Below, in pieces: positions 39,077 to 48,259 of a stretch of DNA of 64,000 bases. The translations under genes and the position numbers were made by a program. Source of the stretch: Alphaproteobacteria bacterium (GTDB taxonomy: Bacteria > Pseudomonadota > Alphaproteobacteria > SHVV01); the NCBI GenBank assembly GCA_965261735.1, contig OZ253470.1, forward strand, positions 3,072,001 through 3,136,000, read 5' to 3'. Under the pieces are notes generated by a model, which ran no database searches, was not told where the DNA came from, and saw only the letters and a list, made by a program, of their open reading frames with translations. How positions within the stretch are numbered: position 1 is the stretch's first letter; every line of letters starts with the position of its first letter.

Positions 39077-39272
39077 GCATAGCTCCTTCTGTCAGGTCGT
39101 CGCTGCGCGACACGCTGTGGCACCGTGGGTAGCGGGGCCCGGCTGACTTTAACCATGGGCCCACGGCGCCCGAAGGGGCGGCCGACACACGATATCGTGA
39201 ACCCCTCATCGTATCGCTGGGCTACAGGGTTGTCGTGTATATTTGGGATGTTGCCAGCGCCTGGACACCGAG

Positions 39273-39953
39273 ATGGCAGAACCCGCGGAACCCGCAGACT
39301 TCGCCACCCTGCGCCACGAGATGGTGGAGCAGATCGCGCTCAATGCGAGCTTGGTGTGCGACAAGACCGGTAGGAGCGCCTTGAGGGAGCGGGTCATGGA
39401 TATCATGGCCAAGGTGCCCCGCCACGAGTTCGTACCCGCCGAACTCAGGTTGTTCGCCTACATCGATTCGCCGCTACCCATCGGCTACGGCAAGACGATC
39501 TCGCAACCCTTCATCGTCGCTCTCATGACCGATCTGCTCGAGCTCGACCCCGACGATCGTGTGCTCGAGATCGGTACCGGTCTCGGCTACCAGGCCGCCG
39601 TGCTAGCCGAGCTGGTGCACAAGGTCCGCTCGGTCGAACTCATCGAGGAGCTCGCCGACGACGCCAGGCGGCGCTTGCGCGCTTTGGGGTATAGCGGGGT
39701 CGAAATGCGCGTCGGCGACGGCAATCAGGGATGGCCGGAGCACGGACCGTACGACAAGATCATCGTCACGGCGGCACCCGACCTGATACCTCCCGCGCTG
39801 CTCCAGCAGATCAAGCCCGAGGGCAAGATGGTTATTCCCGCGGGCCTCGAGTCGTCCCAGGTATTGATGCTGGTCGAAAAGGACAGCGCCGGCCGCACCA
39901 GCACGCGCGAGATCCTTCCGGTCCGCTTTTCCCGACTCGTCACCAGCCACTAG
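39273..39953 (+). CDS. pcm: Protein-L-isoaspartate O-methyltransferase
   Basis: VPRHEFVP, TISQPFIVA, LEIGTGLGY, PYDKIIVTAA. Confidence 0.93.
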   Translation: MAEPAEPADFATLRHEMVEQIALNASLVCDKTGRSALRERVMDIMAKVPRHEFVPAELRLFAYIDSPLPIGYGKTISQPFIVALMTDLLELDPDDRVLEIGTGLGYQAAVLAELVHKVRSVELIEELADDARRRLRALGYSGVEMRVGDGNQGWPEHGPYDKIIVTAAPDLIPPALLQQIKPEGKMVIPAGLESSQVLMLVEKDSAGRTSTREILPVRFSRLVTSH

Positions 39954-39965
39954 CACCTCACGCGG

Positions 39966-40955
39966 TCACCGTCGATCACCCGGCAGGACGCCGCCATCGA
40001 ACTCGCCGCCGGACGGCAACGGGGCCCCCACGTCATTTATCCAGGCCAGGATGTCTCGCCACACGACCTCCGCCTGAAGGTCGCGCAGCAGCATGTGGTA
40101 GCCATCGGGATAATGGGCGGTGCGGTGGCGCCCCGCGACGCGGCGCAGCATCATCGCCGTCGGCTTCCTGCGAATGATCTCGTCGTTGGCGCCGTATAGA
40201 ATCAGCGCCGGATGAGCGAGCCGCGGAGCCTCGGCCAGCGCGGCGTCCATGAGGTTGACGAGGCCGTACGTCGAGTCGATCCGCGTCTCCTTGATGACCA
40301 GCGGATCGCGCCCGAGCGCGCGTAGCATGTCGGTATTGTCCGATGGCGTGATGCCGAGGCCGCGGGCGCTAACCAGGTTCCACGGCGCGACATGCGCGCC
40401 GAGCCACAGCGCCGCCCGGTAGAGCGGGTTCATCGTTGCCCGGCCCCATACGGCGGGCGCCACCAGGACAACCCCGGCGACGCCGCGCGGCGCGGGATCG
40501 GCGGCCATGGCGACCATGATCACCGCGCCCCCCATGCTATGGCCGAGAAGGTAGAGCGGCGTTGCGGGGTGTCGGCGATGAACGAACGCCGTGAACGCGC
40601 GCAGGTCCTCGACCAACGCCACAATCCCCGGCCACAGGCCGGGCTCCCCGGTGGCGCCGAAGCCGCGCTGGTCATAGGCGTAAGTGGTGATGCCGCCCTC
40701 CGCCCACCAGGTGGCCGGTGCCGCGAAGGCGTTGCCGTAGTCGTTGAAGCCGTGGAGCGCGATGATGACCGCGCGTGGCTCGGGTGAGCCGGCGCGCGGA
40801 TGCCACACGCGATAGGCGAGGACGCGGCCGTCGCCGGCCACGAGGTGGAGCCCCTCGAGCGCCGGCGAACCGCCGAGCGGTCCTGGTGCCTGCACCTGCG
40901 GGGCGCAGGTCGTCAGCGCCAGCCCGAGGGCGAGCGCTCGTCCCGCCCCGAACAC
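39966..40955 (-). CDS. Alpha/beta hydrolase (lysophospholipase-like), probable lipoprotein
   Basis: ALHGFNDY, YDQRGFG, GHSMGG, YHMLLRD; Cys after a hydrophobic signal; start uncertain. Confidence 0.85.
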   Translation of the reverse strand: MFGAGRALALGLALTTCAPQVQAPGPLGGSPALEGLHLVAGDGRVLAYRVWHPRAGSPEPRAVIIALHGFNDYGNAFAAPATWWAEGGITTYAYDQRGFGATGEPGLWPGIVALVEDLRAFTAFVHRRHPATPLYLLGHSMGGAVIMVAMAADPAPRGVAGVVLVAPAVWGRATMNPLYRAALWLGAHVAPWNLVSARGLGITPSDNTDMLRALGRDPLVIKETRIDSTYGLVNLMDAALAEAPRLAHPALILYGANDEIIRRKPTAMMLRRVAGRHRTAHYPDGYHMLLRDLQAEVVWRDILAWINDVGAPLPSGGEFDGGVLPGDRR

Positions 40956-41166
40956 GCGCTTTGCCTTGCGCGACGCGGACCGCCACCTTACAGCGGTCGC
41001 CCCTCTTCCATGCACGACGGGCTCATGGCGCATTGCGGCCCGGCTCGTGTGCGCGAAATCAGCAGCGGGCTTACCGGAAAGGCTTTTCACACGGTTCCGC
41101 ATTCAATAGGTTTGGCGCCCAGGCGCGGGGGCAGCTATCGCGGCGCCGGGCGGTTTGAGGGGACCC

Positions 41167-41931
41167 ATGGCATCACTAGACGACGAAAAACTCATACATC
41201 TCTTCACGACGCCGATCCTCAAATACATTTGGCCCGACAGCGAGCAGCTCAATCGCCGACTACGCCGGGCCATTCTCAAGGAGGAGAGCGTCAGCGCGGG
41301 TACCACCTACAGCTCGGTCGGCGGCTGGCAGTCGAACGAGGACTTCCAGAGCTGGGCCGGCGAGGCCGGCCGGACGATCGTCCAGCAGGTCGCGGAGATG
41401 GTCCAGCACGCGACCCACGAGATCCACTCCACCTACCGCGGCCAGGTCGAGCGCAACACCTGGTCGATCTCGGTATGGGCCAACGTGAACCGCAAGGGCG
41501 ACTACCACCGCAACCACCTCCACCCGGGCTCGACCTGGTCGGGCGTCTACATCGTCGACAGCGGCAACGTCAAGACGAGCCCGCCACAGAGCGGCATGCT
41601 GGCACTCATGAACGCCAATCTCGCGTCGCCGATGAGCTTCTACCGCGACGCCATTCCGCTGCGCTACGGTATTCACCCTGAGCCCGGGCTCATGGTGATC
41701 TGGCCGAGCTATCTCGTCCACATGGTGCATCCGCACCAGGGCCGGCGAACCCGCGTCTCGATCTCCTTCAACATCAAGAAGGAACCTTGCCTATCCGGGT
41801 TACACCCACACCCACTAGGGCTAGAATGGGCGCAACCCGGATATAGGGGAGCGCGCCATGGATGTTCTCGACCGCGCCGATCTCCCATTCCCGCATTCGC
41901 TACCCGAGTTCCAGCGACTTTTCCCCGATGA
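41167..41931 (+). CDS. TIGR02466-like putative 2OG-Fe(II) oxygenase; C-terminus altered by IS1595 insertion
   Basis: LFTTPI, SSVGGWQS, WANVN, NHLHPGSTWSGVY, PSYLVHMV.P, RVSISFN; native end KKEPYP* displaced to 42891-42909. Confidence 0.85.
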   Translation: MASLDDEKLIHLFTTPILKYIWPDSEQLNRRLRRAILKEESVSAGTTYSSVGGWQSNEDFQSWAGEAGRTIVQQVAEMVQHATHEIHSTYRGQVERNTWSISVWANVNRKGDYHRNHLHPGSTWSGVYIVDSGNVKTSPPQSGMLALMNANLASPMSFYRDAIPLRYGIHPEPGLMVIWPSYLVHMVHPHQGRRTRVSISFNIKKEPCLSGLHPHPLGLEWAQPGYRGARHGCSRPRRSPIPAFATRVPATFPR

Positions 41932-42890
41932 TGCGGCCTGCGCCGCCTACCTGGAGAAAGCCCGCTGGGGAGACGGCTTTGCCTGCCCGCACTGCGGCAC
42001 GGCGGGAGAGCCGTTCCACTTTGAAAACCGCCCTGGCGTCCTGCGCTGCCGCAAGTGCCGCCAGAACACCGGGCTGACGGTGGGAACAGTGATGGAGCGT
42101 AGCCACACTCCGCTGAACGTCTGGTTCTGGGCCGCTTATCTGGTCGCCAGTCAGACGCCCGGCATGTCCGCCGTGCAGTTTCAGCGGCAACTTGGTCTTT
42201 CGCGCTACGAGACGGCCTTTCAAATTCTCCACAAGCTCCGCTCGGGCATGGTGCGGCCCAACCAAGACAGGATCGGTGGACAGCCCAAGAACCATGTTGA
42301 GGTGGACGAAACCTGGGTTGGCGGGCGAACGCGTGGGGAAGGCCGTGGTGTTCACCACAAGGTTCCCGTCTCCTGTGCCATCGAGGTGCGTCATCGAAAG
42401 CCGGGCACCAAGCTCGACAACCGGAAAGACGGACGCTATGCCGGACGCGTTCGGCTCGCCGTCGTGCTCGACCGTAGCGCCGAGTCGCTCTGTGGGTTCG
42501 TCGAGAGCACCGTCGCGCCGCGATCGCTGATCGTTACTGACGATTGGAGCGGCTATGCTGGCCTCGGTAAGCGCGGCTATGAGCACTTCGCTGTTGCCGA
42601 GTGTGGTGATCCAGAGGTTGCCGAGCAATACCTGCCGATCATCCATCTGGTTTTCGCCAACCTGAAGACGTGGCTGATCGGTATCCACCACGGCGTTAGC
42701 CACCAGCACCTACAAGCCTACCTCAACGAGTTCACCTTCCGCTTCAACAGGCGGTTCTACCCGTTCAACGCCTTCCGCTCATTGCTCGGCATCGCGGGCG
42801 ACACCTCTGCTCCAACCTATGCCGAGCTTTACTCGGGAGAGTGGCGGCACCCTACATGTAGCGGTCATGGGCGTTAACCGGATAGGCAAG
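41786..42890 (+). mobile_element. IS1595-family element, copy 2 (1105 bp)
   Basis: Same IRs as copy 1; 8-bp duplication GAAGGAAC at 41778-41785 and 42891-42898. Confidence 0.95.
41858..42877 (+). CDS. IS1595-family transposase
   Basis: Matches 17892-18911; the only amino-acid difference noticed is W/R near the C-terminus. Confidence 0.95.
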   Translation: MDVLDRADLPFPHSLPEFQRLFPDDAACAAYLEKARWGDGFACPHCGTAGEPFHFENRPGVLRCRKCRQNTGLTVGTVMERSHTPLNVWFWAAYLVASQTPGMSAVQFQRQLGLSRYETAFQILHKLRSGMVRPNQDRIGGQPKNHVEVDETWVGGRTRGEGRGVHHKVPVSCAIEVRHRKPGTKLDNRKDGRYAGRVRLAVVLDRSAESLCGFVESTVAPRSLIVTDDWSGYAGLGKRGYEHFAVAECGDPEVAEQYLPIIHLVFANLKTWLIGIHHGVSHQHLQAYLNEFTFRFNRRFYPFNAFRSLLGIAGDTSAPTYAELYSGEWRHPTCSGHGR

Positions 42891-42937
42891 GAAGGAACCG
42901 TACCCATGATACGCGGGGCGCGGCGCCGGTCGCGCGG

Positions 42938-43789
42938 ATGGATCCGCCCATGACTAAGTCGACGGCGCCCGAGGGCGATCTTGCGCGTGTCCGAGTGGCA
43001 GTGCGGCCACGGATTCCGCCGCGCCTTAGGAAGCGCATAGCGCCGCTGCTTCTCGTCCTCGCCATCGTCCTCTTCTGGGAGAACTTCAACTGGCTGTTCG
43101 ATCAGCCCGACTACATCCTGCCGCCGCTGTCGCAAATCGTCGAGACGGCGATCGTCGGTGCGCGGGACCGCTACATCCCCAACGGCTGGATCACGCTACA
43201 GGAGATCATCTACGGATTCCTGATGGGTGTCAGTGTGGGCCTCATTCTGGGCGTGGCCGTCTTTCACTCCGAAACGATCAAGGACGCGGTGCTGCCGCTG
43301 ATCATCAGCTCGCAGGCGATCCCAACGCTCGCCATCGCCCCGATACTGGTGATCTGGTTCGGTTTCGGCATGCTGCCCAAGGTGCTGATCGCCGCGATTA
43401 TCGTGTTCTTCCCGGTGTTCGTGAACACCTTTGCCGGGTTCAACTCGATCGACCGCGACTCGATCAACCTGATGGACTCGCTGGGCGCGAGCAAATGGCA
43501 GATATTCTGGAAGGTTCGCACGCCGGGCGCCGCACCGTACATCTTTACCGGCCTCAAGATCGCGGCGACGATCAGCCCGATCGGTGCGATCGTCGGCGAA
43601 TGGGTCGGCGCGTCCAAGGGCTTGGGCCCGGTCATGATCGCCGCCAACGCGGGCTTCAAGACCTCCATCGTCTTCGCCGCGATTCTCTACCTCGCGCTGA
43701 TGGCGGTGACCCTGTTCCTGCTCGTTGGCTTGGCCGAACGCTGGCTCATCCCCTGGCACTTCATCAAGACCGAGAAGCAGCGCTCGTAG
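42938..43789 (+). CDS. ABC transporter permease, NitT/TauT family
   Basis: YILPP.S, IPTLAIAP, FFPV, SLGASKWQIF, IVGEW. Confidence 0.92.
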   Translation: MDPPMTKSTAPEGDLARVRVAVRPRIPPRLRKRIAPLLLVLAIVLFWENFNWLFDQPDYILPPLSQIVETAIVGARDRYIPNGWITLQEIIYGFLMGVSVGLILGVAVFHSETIKDAVLPLIISSQAIPTLAIAPILVIWFGFGMLPKVLIAAIIVFFPVFVNTFAGFNSIDRDSINLMDSLGASKWQIFWKVRTPGAAPYIFTGLKIAATISPIGAIVGEWVGASKGLGPVMIAANAGFKTSIVFAAILYLALMAVTLFLLVGLAERWLIPWHFIKTEKQRS

Positions 43790-43811
43790 GGCGCCTTCGG
43801 GCGCACCGCTT

Positions 43812-45080
43812 CTACTCGGCAGCTGCGGCGGCGGCCGCCACAGGAACCCCCATCAGCTCGCAGTAGTTCTTCCAGAAGCCGCGCACCGCGACCTCGGTAA
43901 TCACGGTGCTCTGGTCCTCGATCGGGCCCTTGCCGCCGATTTCGATCACCGAGTGCGCATCGCGCTCGCGCAGGACGCCCATTTGGACGAGGCGCCCGGC
44001 CTCGCCGTCCTCCATGGAGACAACGCCCGCCGGGCCGATGAGATTGTTCTGCTTCAGCCGCATCTCGCGAATTTCGGCGTCATCGTCGGCGTAGCCGAAG
44101 ACGGTCCAGTAGAGCTCGAAGGAATCGGCGGCGCGCGGCCGAACCTGGCGCGTAGCCAGCGTGTTCGAGAATTGCTGGAACACCGTGCATGGGAAGAGCG
44201 AGAGGAAGGTCGACGACACGTTGTCGTCCCACTCCTGCCGATAGTCGACGATCGAGGTGTCGCGGAGCCGGAACTCCGAATTGAAGGCGCTCACGCCCTC
44301 GTAGCCCTGCGCCGCCTCCTCCACCGTGTCGGTATCGAGGTAGCCCGTATGTATCTCGTGGCGCTTGCGGCTGTCCATGATCGACTCGCCCGATTGGGTA
44401 TTGCGCCACAGCCCGAAGGTCGTGGGCACCTGATGCAGCAGGCCCGCGTGATTGGGGTCCTTCAGGTTTTCGATATAGAGCTTCCAGTTGGCCGGAATGA
44501 CCTGGCGCATGTAGCCCAGCACTTCGATGGGCCTGCCGAAAATGCGGTCGAGGAACTTGAGGGCCTTGGGACCGAAATAGTCGGCCAAGTTCTCGGTATT
44601 CTCATCGAAGGTCGCAAAGATCGCGCCCTGGTACGTCTCCACACGGAGCTTCCTGAGTCCGTGCTCGGCCATCTTGAAGTCCGTCGGCATACCCCCCTTG
44701 CCGTGAAGGCCGCGCAGGAACGGAACGCCGATCAAGCCGCCCTGCAGGTTGTAGCACCAGTGGTGATAGATGCAGGTGAAGTCCTTGGCGTTGCCGCATT
44801 GCTCGCGCACGAGCAGCGTGCCGCGATGGGCGCAGCGGTTGACGAAGCCGTGCAGGGCGCCATCCTCGGCGCGGCAGACCACGACCGCGGTATCGCCAAC
44901 GAAGGAGGACTTGTAGTCGCCCGGCTCCGGGACCTCGGCCTCGAGCGCGACCAGGGTCCATGACGGCCCACGAAAGATCTTCGCCTGCTCTTCCTCGTAG
45001 ATCTCGGGGTCGGTGAACACGCCATAGGGAACGCGGCTGTAGTCGGCCGCGGGCCAAGTCAAGTCATGCCAAGTCTGCAT
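43812..45080 (-). CDS. Rieske oxygenase alpha subunit, salicylate 5-hydroxylase/terephthalate dioxygenase-like
   Basis: SRVPY.VF.D, NRCAHRG...CIYHHW, ENLKDPNHAGLLH, GPAGVVSMEDG. Confidence 0.9.
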   Translation of the reverse strand: MQTWHDLTWPAADYSRVPYGVFTDPEIYEEEQAKIFRGPSWTLVALEAEVPEPGDYKSSFVGDTAVVVCRAEDGALHGFVNRCAHRGTLLVREQCGNAKDFTCIYHHWCYNLQGGLIGVPFLRGLHGKGGMPTDFKMAEHGLRKLRVETYQGAIFATFDENTENLADYFGPKALKFLDRIFGRPIEVLGYMRQVIPANWKLYIENLKDPNHAGLLHQVPTTFGLWRNTQSGESIMDSRKRHEIHTGYLDTDTVEEAAQGYEGVSAFNSEFRLRDTSIVDYRQEWDDNVSSTFLSLFPCTVFQQFSNTLATRQVRPRAADSFELYWTVFGYADDDAEIREMRLKQNNLIGPAGVVSMEDGEAGRLVQMGVLRERDAHSVIEIGGKGPIEDQSTVITEVAVRGFWKNYCELMGVPVAAAAAAAE

Positions 45081-45241
45081 GGGCGACGCCTCTCGGTAAA
45101 GTCGGGGCTGTGCCGAGTATCGCGTTCTTTTTGGTGCTCGTCCACCGGCCGGCGACGGCTTGACGCCCGCAGGGTGATGGCCGACACTCCGCGCCCTAAT
45201 CTCATCCAAGAAGAACCGTCGATGCAGGGAGGAGGCGTGAA

Positions 45242-46270
45242 ATGGTCAAATTCAGCGTAGGCACGCTCGGCAGCATGGCCGCGGCCGTCGTGATTTCCAT
45301 GGGTGTTTGGGGCTCGAGCCCGGCGCAGGCGGCTAGCTGCGCGGGGCCGGCCGAGGTATCCAAGGTCATACTCATGGCCGACTGGATACCGGTAACAGTG
45401 TCCCAGGGCCCGTTCTGGGAGGCCCTGCTCCGGGGTTACTACAAGGACGAAGGCCTCGACGTCGAGATCATCGCGCCGGCCAATCCGGCCGATCCGATCA
45501 AGCTCGTCGCCCGTGAGAGGGTGACCTTCAGCCTCACCTACGTGCCCGAGGTCATGATCTCGCGCGATACCGGCATTCCGGTCATTGCGGTGGCGACCAC
45601 GCTGCGTAAGCTGGTCTCGGGCTTCATGTCGCTTAAAGAGTCGAGCATCATGTCGCCGGCCGACCTCAAGGGGAAAATCATCGGCAGCGGTCCCAAGCTC
45701 GACGCCCAGGCCTTTCTCGACACGCTGCTCGCGAACGGCGGGCTCACGCGCAAGGACGTGCAAGTCGTCGACCCCGGCTTCGCCCACATTCCCTTCGTGA
45801 TCGAGAAGAAGGTGCACGCGGCCCACTCGCTCACCTATTTCGAGCAGGCGATCGCCGACTTGATCCTCAAGGGGCAGGGCAAGGCGCCGGTCAACTTCAT
45901 GCCCTACACCGACTTCGGCGTGCCCCAGTTCTACTATCAGCTCATCGTCGCCAGCGAGAGCTGGACCCAGAGGAACCCCAACGCCACCTGCCGCTTCCTC
46001 AAGGCTTCGCTCATGGGCCTGGAGGACTGGCGCAAAGACGGCTCGACGTCGCTCGACTACGTGGTCAAGAACAACGACGTGTTCTCCAGGGCCGAGCACG
46101 AGGTCGGCTACCACATGTCGGTCAACGATTGGGTCGCGGCCGACGGCACCGCCTTCCGCCAGGAGGTCGGCCCGTGGAAGACGGCGCAGGACTGGGCGAT
46201 GAAGTACAAGCTCATTTCCGTCGGATCCGATCCCACCGAGTACTTCACCAACGACTACCTGCCGAAATGA
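45242..46270 (+). CDS. ABC substrate-binding protein, NMT1/THI5-like
   Basis: Signal peptide, ADWIP, GYYKDEGLDVEI, ADPIKLVA, SPADLKGK, GVPQFY. Confidence 0.88.
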   Translation: MVKFSVGTLGSMAAAVVISMGVWGSSPAQAASCAGPAEVSKVILMADWIPVTVSQGPFWEALLRGYYKDEGLDVEIIAPANPADPIKLVARERVTFSLTYVPEVMISRDTGIPVIAVATTLRKLVSGFMSLKESSIMSPADLKGKIIGSGPKLDAQAFLDTLLANGGLTRKDVQVVDPGFAHIPFVIEKKVHAAHSLTYFEQAIADLILKGQGKAPVNFMPYTDFGVPQFYYQLIVASESWTQRNPNATCRFLKASLMGLEDWRKDGSTSLDYVVKNNDVFSRAEHEVGYHMSVNDWVAADGTAFRQEVGPWKTAQDWAMKYKLISVGSDPTEYFTNDYLPK

Positions 46271-46296
46271 GCAGCCTCTAAGGGACGATCAGCGTC

Positions 46297-46337
46297 GCGC
46301 GGGCCGGATCCGACAATCCGGTCCGCGCTCTCTTTCT
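46297..46337 (+). terminator. Putative rho-independent terminator
   Basis: GCGCGGGCCGGAT-CCGACA-ATCCGGTCCGCGC followed by TCTCTTTCT. Confidence 0.6.
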
Positions 46338-46359
46338 GTCCCTAACGATCTGGCTGTCT

Positions 46360-47733
46360 CTAACGATCAGGCCACACCAGATGGTGTGGGTCGATCACAT
46401 ACGCGTGCTTGTGTTTCTGCGCGTCGTGGCGGTGGGCGTGCCGGTGTGGCTCGGGTCCCTCCCAGCCCTCGTGCGCGTACGCGTGGTGTTCGTCGTGGAC
46501 GTGAGGGTGCTCGTGCGCCAGCGCCTCGTGCCGGTGCTCGAGCTCACCGGGATCAGGGGCCGGCCACAACACCACGGCGGCGACCGCGGCGGCCACCGCT
46601 ACGAAGCCCAGTACCGAGAACGCGGCCGCCGGGCCAAAGGCGCCACCGAGCCATCCGGCCAAGGGGCAGGCGATCAGCCAACACGCGTGCGACAAGGCAA
46701 ATTGCGCCGCATAGATGGCGGGCCGGTCGCCTTCATGGACCGAGCGCTTCAGCAGCCGTCCCGCCAGGGTCTGGACGAGCGACGAGGCAGCACCGAGCCA
46801 CACCCAGATCGACAGCAGCGCGATGGCGCCGGGAGCCGTCACGCCGAGCACGAGGCCGACGCCCAGAAGCACCCCGCCGGCGAGCATGAAGGGGCGATCG
46901 GAGTGGCGGTCGAGGAGGCGCGGCAGCACCAGCGCGACGACCATCGATCCTGCGCCCGCGGCGGCGAAGGCGACGGCGGTATCGCTCTCCGAGCCAGCCA
47001 GGTGGTCGCGCACGTAGACCACGGTGTTGACGACGACCATAGCGCCCGCGGCGGCGACCGCGAGCGAGAGAGTCAGCAGCCCGCGCAGCCTCGGCGTCTT
47101 GAGGTAGGCGCGAATGCCGTAGGTGATGTTGTGCCATGCGCCCCGCTCACGCTCGGGCGCGCGCGGCGCGGGCAGCGTCACCGAAAGGACCAGCAGGGCC
47201 GAGATGAGAAAGGCCACCGCGTTGGCCGCGAACAGCGCGTCATAGCTGAGCACGACAAGGGCGTCGGCGGCCAGCGTCGGGCTCAACAGGTTTTCGAGGT
47301 CGTAGGCGAGGCGCGAGAGGGATAGGGCGCGGGTATAGCGGGCTTCGTCGGGCAGGACGTCCGGGATCGTCGCCTGAAGGGTGGGCGTAGAGCCGGCCGA
47401 GCAGGCGTTCATGAGGAAGATCAGCAGGTAGATCTGCCACACCTCCGTGACGAACGGCAGGCACGCCACGAACGCCGCGCGGGCCACATCGAGGGCGATC
47501 AGCAGCCCGCGCCGGGGTAGCCGGTGCGCGAAGCCACCGACGATCGGGGCGATGCCGACGTAGGCCAGCATCTTGAGGGCGAGGGCGGTACCAAGGACGA
47601 CTCCGGCATTTCCGCCGGCGAGGTCGTAGGCGAGCAGGGCGAGCGCGACGGTCGACAGACCGGTGCCCCCGAGGGCGACGACCTGAGCCGTGAACAGCCG
47701 GCGGTACGTCCTATCGCGAAGCGGCGACGTCAC
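46360..47733 (-). CDS. MFS transporter, NreB-like nickel efflux permease with His-rich C-terminus
   Basis: YRRLFTAQVVAL.GTGL, YTRALSLSRLAYDLENL.SP, FAAAGAGSM, tail HRH...HEHPHVHDEHH. Confidence 0.85.
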   Translation of the reverse strand: MTSPLRDRTYRRLFTAQVVALGGTGLSTVALALLAYDLAGGNAGVVLGTALALKMLAYVGIAPIVGGFAHRLPRRGLLIALDVARAAFVACLPFVTEVWQIYLLIFLMNACSAGSTPTLQATIPDVLPDEARYTRALSLSRLAYDLENLLSPTLAADALVVLSYDALFAANAVAFLISALLVLSVTLPAPRAPERERGAWHNITYGIRAYLKTPRLRGLLTLSLAVAAAGAMVVVNTVVYVRDHLAGSESDTAVAFAAAGAGSMVVALVLPRLLDRHSDRPFMLAGGVLLGVGLVLGVTAPGAIALLSIWVWLGAASSLVQTLAGRLLKRSVHEGDRPAIYAAQFALSHACWLIACPLAGWLGGAFGPAAAFSVLGFVAVAAAVAAVVLWPAPDPGELEHRHEALAHEHPHVHDEHHAYAHEGWEGPEPHRHAHRHDAQKHKHAYVIDPHHLVWPDR

Positions 47734-47921
47734 ACCCGGAGGGTAACGGACTTTCGGCGCACGCTGTAGGTAATCGCCTTACGCGAGCCGACGCCTCGGC
47801 GGAAATTGCCGCGGCGTCGGGGGGTCGTCTTCGTTCAGCCGACGACTGCCTCGACCCCCCGCGCTACCGCCTAGGCGGTCCGCGAAGTAACGAGCTCAGA
47901 TTCAATTTGGGTCGATGTCGG

Positions 47922-48092
47922 TCACGCGCCGGGGCTATCGACGACTTTCTCATCGGCATCGCCAGCCGCTTCGCTATCGGCACCGGGTGGATTGCGGCGG
48001 TCGGCCTTGGCCTTGAGGCGCGCCGCCTTCTTCGCAGCCTTTGAGCGTTCGCGCTCGAGGCGCTCGAACTTGTAATTAGGTTTGCGTGGCAG
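47922..48092 (-). CDS. Small basic hypothetical protein (56 aa), CTG start; not in the ORF track
   Basis: RBS AAGGAGG, 6 nt, CTG CCA CGC AAA; (M)PRKPNYKFERLERERSKAAKKAARLKAKADRR...SPGA*. Confidence 0.7.
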   Translation of the reverse strand: MPRKPNYKFERLERERSKAAKKAARLKAKADRRNPPGADSEAAGDADEKVVDSPGA

Positions 48093-48259
48093 GATGTTCC
48101 TCCTTCAGCGCTTCATACGGAGCAGGTTTCGATCGGGGGCTGGGTGCTGGCCCTGTCTCCGAGACTAAGGATAGGTCGGGTGGTGCGACTTTGCCACCCT
48201 ATGTTGGGACCAGCTTGAACCTTCGCAAGGGGCGTACCGGTCGTCCGTGGTTCGCTCGT

